Source: a virus. From it: a stretch of DNA of 64,000 bases. Numbering within the stretch: position 1 is the stretch's first letter; every line of letters starts with the position of its first letter. Location: IMG/VR virus record IMGVR_UViG_3300017991_000060, positions 53,866 to 117,865 of that record; one strand, given 5' to 3'. The position numbers and the translations under genes were made by a program. Positions 10,092-19,834 of the stretch are shown here, piece after piece. The notes beneath the pieces are model-generated. The model saw only the letters and a program-made list of their open reading frames with translations. It searched no databases and was not told the origin of the DNA.

Positions 10092-10658
10092 CTACGCGCC
10101 CCTGGGCGCTGCTTGGTTGAAGACGCTGGACTTCGGAATGCACCGATCCACCGAAAGCGTCACCGACATCTCCATGACCTCGCCGCTACCGTAGGTCACT
10201 TGGATATCGGGGAGCTTCGTGGGCCAGATGCCCTCCAGGTCCCACTCCCGCTCGGCCGTGCCGTGCGTCTGGAACAGCACGAGCGAGCCCGTGGTCTTGA
10301 CGGCCCCCATGGGGAGCATGAGCCCGGTGCCCTCGTCGTAGACCAGGGAGAACCACCGTTGGAAGAACCCGCGGACGTTCGTGTGGGGGAAGTCGCGGAA
10401 GGTCACGCTGAGCTCTCCCAGGGCCTCGGGAGCGGTCGCGTAGTGGACGCGGCCGTTGAGGTACTCCAAGGTCGCCTTCCCAACCGCGCGGCCGGGCACC
10501 GTGAACTCCTTCAGGGCGAGGATGAACGCACCCTTCGCGCCCGGCACGAGCCGATCCACGTTGAGTTCGAGCATCCCCATGTTCTGGTGCTGGACATCCC
10601 ACGCGCCCTGGGCTTGCGCGAGGTGATCCCCAGCGTACCTGTAACCGGAAATCGGCAT
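10092..10658 (-). CDS. Tail tube protein (gp19-like)
   Basis: FTVPGRAVG...EYLNGRVHYA...LSVTFRD...FFQRWFSLVYD...WDLEGIWPT...SVTLSVD; directly after the sheath. Confidence 0.92.
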   Translation of the reverse strand: MPISGYRYAGDHLAQAQGAWDVQHQNMGMLELNVDRLVPGAKGAFILALKEFTVPGRAVGKATLEYLNGRVHYATAPEALGELSVTFRDFPHTNVRGFFQRWFSLVYDEGTGLMLPMGAVKTTGSLVLFQTHGTAEREWDLEGIWPTKLPDIQVTYGSGEVMEMSVTLSVDRCIPKSSVFNQAAPRGA

Positions 10659-10697
10659 CCTACCTACCTCCTATCTGGGGTTGGCGGAGGGCAGCGC

Positions 10698-13600
10698 CTA
10701 GCTGCCCGCCGCGAGCACCTCCGCGAAGTCCGCGCCCGTGGGCGTCAGAATCAGGTCGTAGTTGATGAACTCCGCCGCCCTCACCGGCTTGATGAAGAGC
10801 TTGGCGTTGACGGTGAGCTGATCCACATCCGTCGGGGTGGTCGTCGAAGCGTCCACGACGATGTAGGCGTCGGTCAGCCCGCGCTGCGAAATGAGCGGCT
10901 TCAAGATGTCGTTCAGGGTCGTCGCGATCTCGCGCCACAGGATGGCGTCGTTGATCTCGAACGGGAACTCCTGACTCGCGGCGTCGAGCAGGTTCATGAT
11001 GACGTTGACGGTCCACATCACGTTGATGCGGTCCGTCGCGCTCGGGGTGCGCTTCGCCGTCTGCTGTCCGTAGAGCACGAGCCCGCGGCCTTCCTTGCGG
11101 ACGATGGGGTTGCAGATGTGAACCGTCGTTCCCACAAGGCCCTGGAGGAAGTCCCGGTCCTCCCTGGAGACGCTGTAGCGAACCGCCGTGGCCGACACCC
11201 GCCCGCGCCGGAACCCGGCGATGGGGAACCACGCCTCGGGCGTGAGGGAGAGGAGCCTCGCCATCTCGCCGTCGGGCGGCTCCCAGGTGTTCTGGGCGGT
11301 GTACTGGTCGTAGTTCTCCAGCCACGGCATGATCGACGCGAGGTACGGCGTGTCGATGGCCGAGAGCGGCGGGTACGGCACGAGGACCGTGGGGCGCGCG
11401 ATCCCGCCGACGGAGGCGGAGTTGAAGTTGCCGTTGTAGAAGTCGTCGTGGTCCGAGGGTTCCGTCGCGTCGGGGATCGGGATGATGCCCATCGCCCGGC
11501 GGCCGGGGCGCTCGCAGAGCTGCTGCATCCCCTGGATCACCTGACGGTGCCACTGGCCGGGGCACATGATCCAGTTGAGTGGCACCACGTCCTCGTTGCG
11601 GAACATCTGCATTCCGGTCGTCACCTGGCCGACCTTCGTGCCCACGATGTCCGCGATGGTGAACGCGCCGCCCATGGCGAGGACCTGGGAGCTGCCCCCG
11701 AGCACGGCCGGGGTGAGCGCGCCGGTGTAGCCCGTCGCCTCGGCCCGCACGAGGTCGCTCCCGTTGAGCTCGTCGTTCACCTTCGCGATGAGCTCGTCGA
11801 GGTCGGTGGCCTGCCCGAAGGACTCCTCCGTCCCGGTGTCGAAGAGGACCCGGAGACGTAGGGTACCGGCAAGGGACGGGTCCTCATCGATCTCGGCCCG
11901 GAAGCCCTCTGCCACCGTGCTCCTCTCGTTCCCGATGTCGCCGGGGTAGCGCGCCGTCAGGTGGAGGACCACCTGGGAGGCCGCCACGAACACCGCCTCG
12001 TCGGGGAGCGGGGCCGAGGTCCACTTGATGGACGCCCCGCCGTCGCGGAAGTCGAGGGAGTTCTCGGGGTCCGTCGAGAGCGCGACGTTCTGGCTCCAGA
12101 AGTCGGCATCCGCCGAAGCCCCGAGGTCCGCGAACGTCACCTGGGGATCGCCCGCACCGGCGTTCGCCGCCTGGGCTCCCTGGAACCCGACGATGCCGTC
12201 CTCGGCGCGCCTGTAGGGCGCGTGGGAGAGCTCGCCGGTGAACACCACCTCGATGCCGTCGCCCCACCCGAGGATGTCCGCAGGGAGGTACACGGCTTCG
12301 ATGGCGAGGTTGTCCGCCACGTCGAACTGCCGGTCGCCGGACTCCACGAGATCGAGCTCGAAGGCGAAGGCTCCTATGGTGTGGTCGAGCCAACACGTCC
12401 CGTTGTAGTCGTTCGCCGCGGCCGGTGCGTCGAGGTTCATCCCGGCCGTGTCCGGCGTCGTGTCCGCGCGGAACAGCGGGCCGGTGCCGCGGAGAGCGCG
12501 GCGGGCCTTGTCCCACGGGGTGGTCGTGGACGTGACCTTGATGGTGGCCGCCGCCGTGATCGCCCCGGAGGCCGTGATCGACCAGGCCCCGGTGGTGTAG
12601 TCGATGGCACCGCCAGCCGCCGCGGCGGCCCTGGGGTCGCCTCTCGGCCGATCGAGCCAACCGCCCACACCATCGTCGTAGTAGGTTTCGGGGGAGCCGC
12701 CCACGTCCGAGATCACAAGGACCGCGGAGCCGGGGGAGATCGGGCCGATGAGGCGCTGCGCGCCGGGGTCGGTGTCGGTCGCGTTGGCGTCGCCGCCAGC
12801 ATCCGAGGGCTGCACCACCTCGTCGATGGAGGCCACCCCGTTCTCACCGGCGACCGCGCCGCCGCCCATGTCAATGACCTGGATATCGTACTCCGCCGTG
12901 AGGTCGGCTCCGGTGAGCGCCGGGAAGCTGACGCCGCCCACGGGGTCCCAGGTGGTGACGGCCCACTGGCCGGTGCGGTAGTCGATGGTCCCGGTGACGG
13001 GCACACCCGTCCCGTCCGGGCCGGTGCGCCAACCGCCGAACCCGTCGTCGTAGACCGGCGGGGGAACGGGGTCCGTGGGGTGGGTCGGGGTGAGCACCAC
13101 CGTGCCGGGAACGATCCAGCCGCCCAGGGTGGTGAGGTCGGGGTTGGCGGAGGCCGCGCCCGCTACCGCCGTGGGCACCTTGCCGATGACGTGCTCCATC
13201 GGGACGGTGATGACCACCTTGTTCGCGTTGAAGAATCCTGGGGCGAGCGAGACTTGGCTCAGGTTCCCGGCATAGGCACCTTGACCCGCGGCCGTCGTGC
13301 CGACGCTCTCCTGGGCACCGCGCACCCAAATGGCGTCGATGGAGCCGCCGCCGAAGAGGGTGGCCGCGGAGAGGAGCACTCCCCAGTTCCCCGTGCGGTA
13401 GTCGATGAACCCGACGTGCGCCCCCGCGGACGGTTCGAGGATGCCGACGCCCGCGCCACCGGGGCCGTACGAGAGGTCACCGGAGTCGGAGAGCTCGGTG
13501 TAGGTGGCCGCGCCCGTCTCGCACCGGATGGTGAAGGTGCCGGGCACCACGGCCATGCCGACGGAGCCGCGGACCTCGGCCAGCCCGGAGAGGGTCCCGT

Positions 13601-14306
13601 CGATGGTGAGGAGGTTCTCCCAGACGCGATTCGCCGCGTTGGAATCCATCTTTCCGTAGAACCGCCTGCCAGTGGCCCCGGAGGTCGAGGAGGACGCGCT
13701 GTCCGTCTTGGCGAACGCGCCGTCGTCGCCGCCGGAGAACCCTACGCGGAGGACCTCGCCGGTGATCGGGTCGAGCGTCTCCGCGGGGAAGGCCGCGCCG
13801 ATCCCGCTCGCCAGCTCGATGGTGATGCGGGTCGAGTTGTTCCGCAGCGTCGTCACCACGATCCCGTTGTCCTGTGCGAGATGAGACTCGACGAGCTGGT
13901 CCTGGAAGTACACCAGGATGTTGTAGGACTCGGTGCCGTTGTGGAGGATCGAGTACTTCAGGTCGTCGTTCGCCCAGGTACCGGGGCTCGACGCGACGAG
14001 CTTCGAGTGCGCGAGGCCATTATCCTGGAGCAGCTCCGCCTCCGCGCTCGCGAGGTTGTCACCAGCGACGCGTACGAAGCCGAGCTGGGAGCCTCCGAGG
14101 AAGTACCGGATGGCGGCGCGTTGCGCGTACATCCTGTCCTTCGGGCGGCCGTAGTAGTTGACGAAGTTGCCTTCGTCCGGGAACCAGTTCATCTCGTTCA
14201 CCGGACCTTTGGTGGCCGGGCCAACGCACCCCATGATCGCCGTGCTGATCTGGGGAGCGTAGACGGCCTGATCGAACACCCTGATATTGATGCCTGGTGC
14301 TACCAT
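10698..14306 (-). CDS. Contractile tail sheath protein with large internal insertion
   Basis: N-terminal MVAPGINIRVFDQ...GPATKGPVNE; C-terminal WFPIAGFRRG, NPIVRKEGRGLVLYGQQT, DRINV, FEINDAILW, LFIKPVRAAEFINYD. Confidence 0.96.
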   Translation of the reverse strand: MVAPGINIRVFDQAVYAPQISTAIMGCVGPATKGPVNEMNWFPDEGNFVNYYGRPKDRMYAQRAAIRYFLGGSQLGFVRVAGDNLASAEAELLQDNGLAHSKLVASSPGTWANDDLKYSILHNGTESYNILVYFQDQLVESHLAQDNGIVVTTLRNNSTRITIELASGIGAAFPAETLDPITGEVLRVGFSGGDDGAFAKTDSASSSTSGATGRRFYGKMDSNAANRVWENLLTIDGTLSGLAEVRGSVGMAVVPGTFTIRCETGAATYTELSDSGDLSYGPGGAGVGILEPSAGAHVGFIDYRTGNWGVLLSAATLFGGGSIDAIWVRGAQESVGTTAAGQGAYAGNLSQVSLAPGFFNANKVVITVPMEHVIGKVPTAVAGAASANPDLTTLGGWIVPGTVVLTPTHPTDPVPPPVYDDGFGGWRTGPDGTGVPVTGTIDYRTGQWAVTTWDPVGGVSFPALTGADLTAEYDIQVIDMGGGAVAGENGVASIDEVVQPSDAGGDANATDTDPGAQRLIGPISPGSAVLVISDVGGSPETYYDDGVGGWLDRPRGDPRAAAAAGGAIDYTTGAWSITASGAITAAATIKVTSTTTPWDKARRALRGTGPLFRADTTPDTAGMNLDAPAAANDYNGTCWLDHTIGAFAFELDLVESGDRQFDVADNLAIEAVYLPADILGWGDGIEVVFTGELSHAPYRRAEDGIVGFQGAQAANAGAGDPQVTFADLGASADADFWSQNVALSTDPENSLDFRDGGASIKWTSAPLPDEAVFVAASQVVLHLTARYPGDIGNERSTVAEGFRAEIDEDPSLAGTLRLRVLFDTGTEESFGQATDLDELIAKVNDELNGSDLVRAEATGYTGALTPAVLGGSSQVLAMGGAFTIADIVGTKVGQVTTGMQMFRNEDVVPLNWIMCPGQWHRQVIQGMQQLCERPGRRAMGIIPIPDATEPSDHDDFYNGNFNSASVGGIARPTVLVPYPPLSAIDTPYLASIMPWLENYDQYTAQNTWEPPDGEMARLLSLTPEAWFPIAGFRRGRVSATAVRYSVSREDRDFLQGLVGTTVHICNPIVRKEGRGLVLYGQQTAKRTPSATDRINVMWTVNVIMNLLDAASQEFPFEINDAILWREIATTLNDILKPLISQRGLTDAYIVVDASTTTPTDVDQLTVNAKLFIKPVRAAEFINYDLILTPTGADFAEVLAAGS

Positions 14307-14309
14307 CCG

Positions 14310-15041
14310 CTAGTCCTCCGATCCGCTCACCTGTTCAGCGAGCAGCTCCGGGTTGTCCTCGTCCGTAGCATCGTACAGCGCGAACCGCACGGTGCGAACC
14401 AACCTCGCCTCCTGGGGCGGGTACGGGATATACCCTAGCACTTCCCCACTCCAGGTGCGACGTACCACCTTCTCCCCATCGCCGGGCTCCAGTTCCGAGT
14501 TGTCGTCCCAGCCCTGGTTGACCAGCGTGATGCGCGTAGGCCCGAGGACCTTCGCGTGTTCCAACACGTTGAAGGGCGGCCGGTACCATCTCGGGTTCGA
14601 CCAGTCCACCGGGAGGAACGCCTTGTCCGCGGCGAACTGGAGCTCGATCTGCCCTTCGATGTTCTGCGCGATGATCTCGCCGCCCTCCACAGACGCCCAA
14701 AGATCGGCCTGGACGGTGGATCGCATCGGGCGCGGCCACCGCATAACCTGGGCGGTGCCCTTCTGAATGTCCTTCCCCACAACGACCTGACTGGGGTTGT
14801 AGAGGTCCGGGTTGAACTTGGGCGACGGCATCCAGATGGAGATGAAAGGGGCGTGCGGCGCGCGGTCGCTGAGCTGCTGCGGGGTGCTTGGGCGGCCCTT
14901 ACCCTGGAGGCGGCGCTTCATGACCCGGTGGTACTCCTCGTGCGCGCGGTCCGGAGCGGCGAACACGACGGGGATGGAAGCGCCCGCGTGCCTCGCACGC
15001 TGGAAAAACCGCTGGAGCCCGTGGTACCAAGGAGCGTACAC
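14310..15041 (-). CDS. Tail terminator / completion protein (gp15-like)
   Basis: Position upstream of sheath; IPVVFAAPDR...APFISIW...DLW pattern. Confidence 0.6.
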   Translation of the reverse strand: MYAPWYHGLQRFFQRARHAGASIPVVFAAPDRAHEEYHRVMKRRLQGKGRPSTPQQLSDRAPHAPFISIWMPSPKFNPDLYNPSQVVVGKDIQKGTAQVMRWPRPMRSTVQADLWASVEGGEIIAQNIEGQIELQFAADKAFLPVDWSNPRWYRPPFNVLEHAKVLGPTRITLVNQGWDDNSELEPGDGEKVVRRTWSGEVLGYIPYPPQEARLVRTVRFALYDATDEDNPELLAEQVSGSED

Positions 15042-15704
15042 CTACACGATACCCCTCAGCAACGCTCGGAGCGCCGCCGCCTTGATCGTCTCCCGGTGCG
15101 GGAGACCGAGCCAGTAGTCGATGATCTCGCGCGACACCGGCCGCCACGTCGGCCTTGCGGGCATCCGCGAGGTCCCAAACTCGTGCATCCGCATCAACCG
15201 ATTGAGCGAGATGGCCGTGGGTCCACGGCCGTGTTCCTCCGCGTTCGGACTCTTCGACCCGCGGTGCTGTCTGGGTTCCAAGCGCACCATGTAGTAGGGC
15301 TGGCCCTTCTCGACACCGCGGAATATCTCGATGGACCCGATGAGTTCGCCCGTCTCGATGAGCTTCCGGCCGTCCAAACCCAAGCGCGCCTTGCGCCGCA
15401 CGGTGCTCTCCGCCAGCGGTGGGTGCTCGTTCGACGAGAACGGCGCGCGGTTCACCGTGGAGATGTCTGGCCGACGTAGGCGCTCTGGCCGGTCCACCTG
15501 GTCCCTCGCCGGGGCCTGGGGCAAGGCCGCCATGAGCCGGTCGATGATGAGCTCGCGCGTCTCCTCGGCCAGCACACGGTTCTGATGCGCCGTGGCCTCC
15601 ATCGAGGACTTCACCAGGGAGACCAGGTTCGACACCTTGCGGACCTTAAACACCTTGTCTCCGACCCTGGTACGACCCACGACTCTCACACGGCCCCGCG
15701 CCAC
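15042..15704 (-). CDS. Neck / virion morphogenesis protein
   Basis: PPLAESTVRRK...KLIETGELIGSI and MHEFGTSRMPARPTWRP motifs typical of neck/morphogenesis proteins. Confidence 0.7.
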   Translation of the reverse strand: MARGRVRVVGRTRVGDKVFKVRKVSNLVSLVKSSMEATAHQNRVLAEETRELIIDRLMAALPQAPARDQVDRPERLRRPDISTVNRAPFSSNEHPPLAESTVRRKARLGLDGRKLIETGELIGSIEIFRGVEKGQPYYMVRLEPRQHRGSKSPNAEEHGRGPTAISLNRLMRMHEFGTSRMPARPTWRPVSREIIDYWLGLPHRETIKAAALRALLRGIV

Positions 15705-16333
15705 GGCACACCCCCTTCCGGTTTGGGGGGAGCCAGGGATGGCGGCTTCGGTAGCTGGGCCATGCCTGGGTCCGTCGAGTCCTCGCGAACGGCCGCCGCG
15801 GTGCCCTTCCAGACGGCCGGGATGTCGGTCGGCCCGAGATCATCTGGCGGCCCCATCTGGAGGATGGAGTAGTAGACGCTCCTGTAACTGAACACGTCAC
15901 CGGGACGTGGGATGTAGATGTGCGTCAGGTCGGGGTCCTCCAGAGTGAACTCTTCGTCGTCCGTCTCACGAAGGAGTGCGCCGACCCGACGCGCCTCGGC
16001 CCTGCTCCACCCGAGGCTAACCAGCCCTTCAGTGCCGGTGTTGCCCTTCTTTCGACCCTTGGTTTCGGCCGTAGGATCGACGTAGAGATGGACACCGAGG
16101 GGTTCACGATAGCGTCGGGTGACGAGCGGGGTGTTCCAGTAAACCTCGTGCGGGGCTTCCCCTCCTGAACTGCCCGGTTCCGGGGCGTCTTCGGGGAGTA
16201 GGAGCGGCCAGAACCAAATGCGGGGGATGCTCCGCCGGTCGTACTTGGCCTGGGTGCGGATGAGCATCCGCTCTTGCGCCGCGTAGGGTACGGGCCAAAT
16301 GCCGCCCCTATCCGGCGAGGTCGATTTGTCCAT
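15686..16333 (-). CDS. Head closure / neck protein (gp14-like)
   Basis: Position; EVYWN...YIPRPGDVFSY...YSILQ beta-barrel pattern. Confidence 0.55.
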   Translation of the reverse strand: MDKSTSPDRGGIWPVPYAAQERMLIRTQAKYDRRSIPRIWFWPLLLPEDAPEPGSSGGEAPHEVYWNTPLVTRRYREPLGVHLYVDPTAETKGRKKGNTGTEGLVSLGWSRAEARRVGALLRETDDEEFTLEDPDLTHIYIPRPGDVFSYRSVYYSILQMGPPDDLGPTDIPAVWKGTAAAVREDSTDPGMAQLPKPPSLAPPKPEGGVPWRGAV

Positions 16334-16422
16334 TCCACCCTCTGCGCCAGCGGAGTCTTAGGCCCGCCGTTTCGCGTCGCTGGAATAGCTCGATACTACC
16401 AGTTTGCCGAGCTGCGTTCCAG

Positions 16423-16845
16423 TCAGAGGAGGTCCTTCAGCTCACGGTCCAGGTCCTCCCTGGTCCTCGGCCTCGGCCCATAGTGGAAGGATGATTCCCC
16501 GAATGCCCGCACGGCCAGATAGTAGGTCCAGGCCATCATGCGATGCCACCAACGCGAATACCATGGGGCACGCTTCGCGTCCTCTCGGAGAGCCAGGTAA
16601 AACTGCCAGTCCGCCTTCTCGCGGTCGCGCTCCGTGTGCCCGATCCAATAGTTGAAGTCGTGGTGGTCACAGCTCGCCGTGAACATGAACTCCGGCACCG
16701 GAACCTTCCCGCCCTTCGGGCCGCAGCCGTTGCAGATGAGGTCCCGCTCAAGGGGCGCCAGATCGCGGAACCGAACGGGGGTCCCACCACCGAGTCCGTC
16801 CCCGGCGGCGTGCATCTCGCGGCGGCGCTCATCGAAGGCAGCCAT
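16423..16845 (-). CDS. Prokaryotic phospholipase A2-like protein
   Basis: CNGCGPKGG...FTASCDHHDFNYWIG...REKADWQFY: CxxHDxxY and downstream AD pattern of small phage/bacterial PLA2-like proteins. Confidence 0.7.
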   Translation of the reverse strand: MAAFDERRREMHAAGDGLGGGTPVRFRDLAPLERDLICNGCGPKGGKVPVPEFMFTASCDHHDFNYWIGHTERDREKADWQFYLALREDAKRAPWYSRWWHRMMAWTYYLAVRAFGESSFHYGPRPRTREDLDRELKDLL

Positions 16846-16850
16846 CAGTC

Positions 16851-18077
16851 CTACGCCTCCACCTCATCGATCCCGTAGATGACGATGGCCGCCCACGTCC
16901 CGGGGAACTCGATACCATCCACCAGATAGACGCGCATGTACATGAGCTGAGATGACAGGAGCGGGATGGAGGACATGTACTCGACCCGATGGATGTTGAC
17001 CTTGAGCGCCCCCATCCCACGGGGGGCAGCGCCCCCATGGGGCTCGATCTGCGGGTAGCTTCCATGCGCCCAATTGATGAGATCCCACATCGTCTTGACG
17101 TAGGTCGGGCGGCGGATGGGCTGGCCGTTCGGGGGCGCGGCGCCAGCGTAGACGTTCATCGTGATGGTATCCGCGAGCTCCACGTCGTCCGACGCTTGGA
17201 CCTCCACACGGTCGATGATGGCCTTCCGGCCCGGCGCCGGAACCACCACTACGCACGCGCACCCATCCTCCGGGACGTAGTAGTAGGTGGCCGTGATGGC
17301 GGCGCCGTCGGCCGGTGCCTGGTAGAACGTGATGGTCCCGGTCACGTAGTCGATCTCGTAATCGCCGCCGGAATCCGCGCCGAACGCACGTTCGATCTGC
17401 TCGATGCCGCCCACCTTCACGATGGGCACGAACCCGGAGAGAGGCCCAGCGAAACAGTTGGGGTCCGTGTCCGGGTCGGGGTACTTGTACCCGTCGCCCA
17501 TCGCGCGGTAGGCGCCATCCCAATTTGGGATGTCGTCCTCCTCCGAGACCTTGCCGTGGCTCAAGTCGAGGATGCGCTCGGCCGCGTTGGCGTTCGTCCC
17601 GTGGGCGAGGTCGAAGTCCGTGGTGGCACCGTCGCCGGTTCCCACGGCCTCGTCCTCGACCTTGGTGGCGTCAGACCGCCACGTCGTCTTGTCGCAGAGG
17701 TTGATGGAGAAGCCGTAGACCCGGTTATGCTCCAAGCCATCTGGCCGTCGGACATGCACGCCGGGCTTGTTCGCCACCACCACGGGCCGAGCTGCTACCG
17801 CCGAGGGTGAATCGTCGTGTGCCGCGATCAGCCCGCCCGCCGGGGCTGTCTCGTCGCCATCAAGGGTGGTCTTGTCCCCTGCCGGGAGGTCGGCCCGGAA
17901 CACGATGGTCGCCACCCCGCCCACGGTCCTGCCCGCGCCATCCCGCACGCCACCCGACACGTCCACGCGGTCCACGGCCACGGTGATCGCGGATGCGCGT
18001 ATCTCCTCCACCAATCGGGCCGCATTGACGGCACCCCCGGGGAAGTCCACGGAAACATCGTAGCTGAACGAGGCCAT
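16851..18077 (-). CDS. Putative virion structural protein
   Basis: Start at ATG overlapping the upstream TAA; GTGDGATTDFDL and YEIDYVTGTITFYQAPADGAAITATYYY beta-rich modules. Confidence 0.65.
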   Translation of the reverse strand: MASFSYDVSVDFPGGAVNAARLVEEIRASAITVAVDRVDVSGGVRDGAGRTVGGVATIVFRADLPAGDKTTLDGDETAPAGGLIAAHDDSPSAVAARPVVVANKPGVHVRRPDGLEHNRVYGFSINLCDKTTWRSDATKVEDEAVGTGDGATTDFDLAHGTNANAAERILDLSHGKVSEEDDIPNWDGAYRAMGDGYKYPDPDTDPNCFAGPLSGFVPIVKVGGIEQIERAFGADSGGDYEIDYVTGTITFYQAPADGAAITATYYYVPEDGCACVVVVPAPGRKAIIDRVEVQASDDVELADTITMNVYAGAAPPNGQPIRRPTYVKTMWDLINWAHGSYPQIEPHGGAAPRGMGALKVNIHRVEYMSSIPLLSSQLMYMRVYLVDGIEFPGTWAAIVIYGIDEVEA

Positions 18078-18709
18078 TAGAACCTCACCACCTGGAATGT
18101 ACATGGCACGCGGCCTGTGCTCGCGAAGATGGTGACGCTACCCCCACCTGCCGAGACCACGTACTCCATACGGAACTGCGTCGGGACGGCGTTGGGCAGT
18201 TGCACGGCCGTCACGAACGAAAAGATCACCTCATCAGTGCTGTCGGGTTCCTCGTACACGGTACCCCGCGCCGCCCCGCTGACCCTGGCCCACGACCCGC
18301 TGTTGTCATGTGCGACATCGAACCCGTAGCGGCTCCCACTGCCCACCGAGTTGTCGAACGTGCCGGCGACGGATACCAGCACCCACTCCCCGGCCGAGGG
18401 TGTGAATGCCGCGAGCGTGGTGCCCGGTACGGCGACGAACGCCGTGCTCGTGGTGGTCTTGTCCCCATTAAGTAGGCGGCCCCCAAGCACTTGGCTGATC
18501 CCGCCGGTCCCCCCGACACCGACCTGCCTCCATACCGCCGCGCCCGCCGAAGCATCGGCACACCAGTACACCTGCCCGGCGGATATGTCCACCCACATAC
18601 TGCCGGGGGAGTAGCCCTGGGTCACATCGTCGGATGCCGTGGGGGCCGTCGTGGCGGCACGGTTGTCCCGCACCCGGTCCAGCGTCTTCAGCGTCGGGTC
18701 GAAGCCCAC
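18077..18709 (-). CDS. Putative fibre/whisker-like structural protein
   Basis: TTAPTASDDVTQGYSPGSMWVD...VYWCADASAGAAVW N-terminal module seen in fibre proteins; beta-rich C-terminus. Confidence 0.6.
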   Translation of the reverse strand: MGFDPTLKTLDRVRDNRAATTAPTASDDVTQGYSPGSMWVDISAGQVYWCADASAGAAVWRQVGVGGTGGISQVLGGRLLNGDKTTTSTAFVAVPGTTLAAFTPSAGEWVLVSVAGTFDNSVGSGSRYGFDVAHDNSGSWARVSGAARGTVYEEPDSTDEVIFSFVTAVQLPNAVPTQFRMEYVVSAGGGSVTIFASTGRVPCTFQVVRF

Positions 18710-18721
18710 GGCGACCTCCTG

Positions 18722-19825
18722 CTAGTAGGCGGACGGCATCCGGAGGTACAGCGTCTCACCGGGGAACAGGACGTGGCTGAACGCGATCTGCGTGGCGCTC
18801 ACCCAGTACGCGTCCCTGGGCGTGCCCGCACCGACACCCCTGGACTCCTGCCGGCCGTTGCGGTCGATGATGATCCGCTCGTCGTCGCGGAACTCCGCTC
18901 CGCTGGCGGGGAGAGCGATGGTTCCGTAGGACGCGGCGAGTGTGGTCCGCGCTCCGGCTGTGGTGAAGGCGCCGGTGTTGATGTTGAGAGGATCTCCCGC
19001 CGCAATGATAGCGCCCGCCGTGATGTCGAACTCTTTGAACGGCAGCCTGGGGGACGAACTGCCGGGGTCGATGATCGATGGGAGAGCGCCGCCCGAGAGG
19101 AGGGCACCACGGTTGAGCCCGTAGAAGTTCCGTTGCCTCGGGAGGCTGAAATGGTACGTGCCTGCCGGCAAGGTGGTCGCGGTGATGATATCCGTGGTCT
19201 TGTCGATGTAGACGAAGGACATCTGGAGGTTCTCGCTACCGACCCCGGCGATGGCCACCCCATCCGCCGAGCCCGAAACCACCTGGAGGAGCCCGAAAAT
19301 CTGCTCCCCGGTGGGGGTCTCGGGGTGGTCGTTTGTGCCAGCGTCGAGGATCGAACACCGGTTGAGGAGCACACCGTCACCGTCACTGGCGGTGCTCAGG
19401 CCAACGCCCAAGGTGCCGGCGACGGTGAAGTTAGCCTCGTCGGCCGCCACGTAGCCGCCGTCCTCCGTGGACGCCGGGCCTACCGCCACCGTGCCGGCAC
19501 CGCCCACCAGAAGGGTGGCGGGGATGAGCGCCCCGCTGGCCGCCGCGCCGAGGACGAAGTCCTGCGTACCAGGCAACGGGGGCATGTCAAAGGCGAGGAT
19601 CTTGTCATGGATCTGTTTCAGCCCGAAGTTGTCGAGGAGGGCATCGAACCAGTTCCCCGCCCCCGCGCCGTCATTGTGCCGCATGAGCATCGAGCGGATG
19701 GCGTTCAGGTCGAACTCCATGTGCTCGCTGCCGGCACCCGGCGTCTCCAGGCTAGCGCCCGGGGAGAAGGTGTCGTCGTAGGTCCGCGAGGACCTGAGTT
19801 GAGTCGTTTGTTCCAAAAGGCTCAT
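18722..19825 (-). CDS. Putative virion structural protein
   Basis: 367 aa, Gly/Ala/Thr-rich, within the head-neck cluster. Confidence 0.55.
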   Translation of the reverse strand: MSLLEQTTQLRSSRTYDDTFSPGASLETPGAGSEHMEFDLNAIRSMLMRHNDGAGAGNWFDALLDNFGLKQIHDKILAFDMPPLPGTQDFVLGAAASGALIPATLLVGGAGTVAVGPASTEDGGYVAADEANFTVAGTLGVGLSTASDGDGVLLNRCSILDAGTNDHPETPTGEQIFGLLQVVSGSADGVAIAGVGSENLQMSFVYIDKTTDIITATTLPAGTYHFSLPRQRNFYGLNRGALLSGGALPSIIDPGSSSPRLPFKEFDITAGAIIAAGDPLNINTGAFTTAGARTTLAASYGTIALPASGAEFRDDERIIIDRNGRQESRGVGAGTPRDAYWVSATQIAFSHVLFPGETLYLRMPSAY

Positions 19826-19834
19826 CGTTCTCTC

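Noticed and set aside
16334-16422. Second hammerhead (contains CUGAC and GAAAC)
   Set aside because: No GUH closing stem III and no CUGANGA in the required position.
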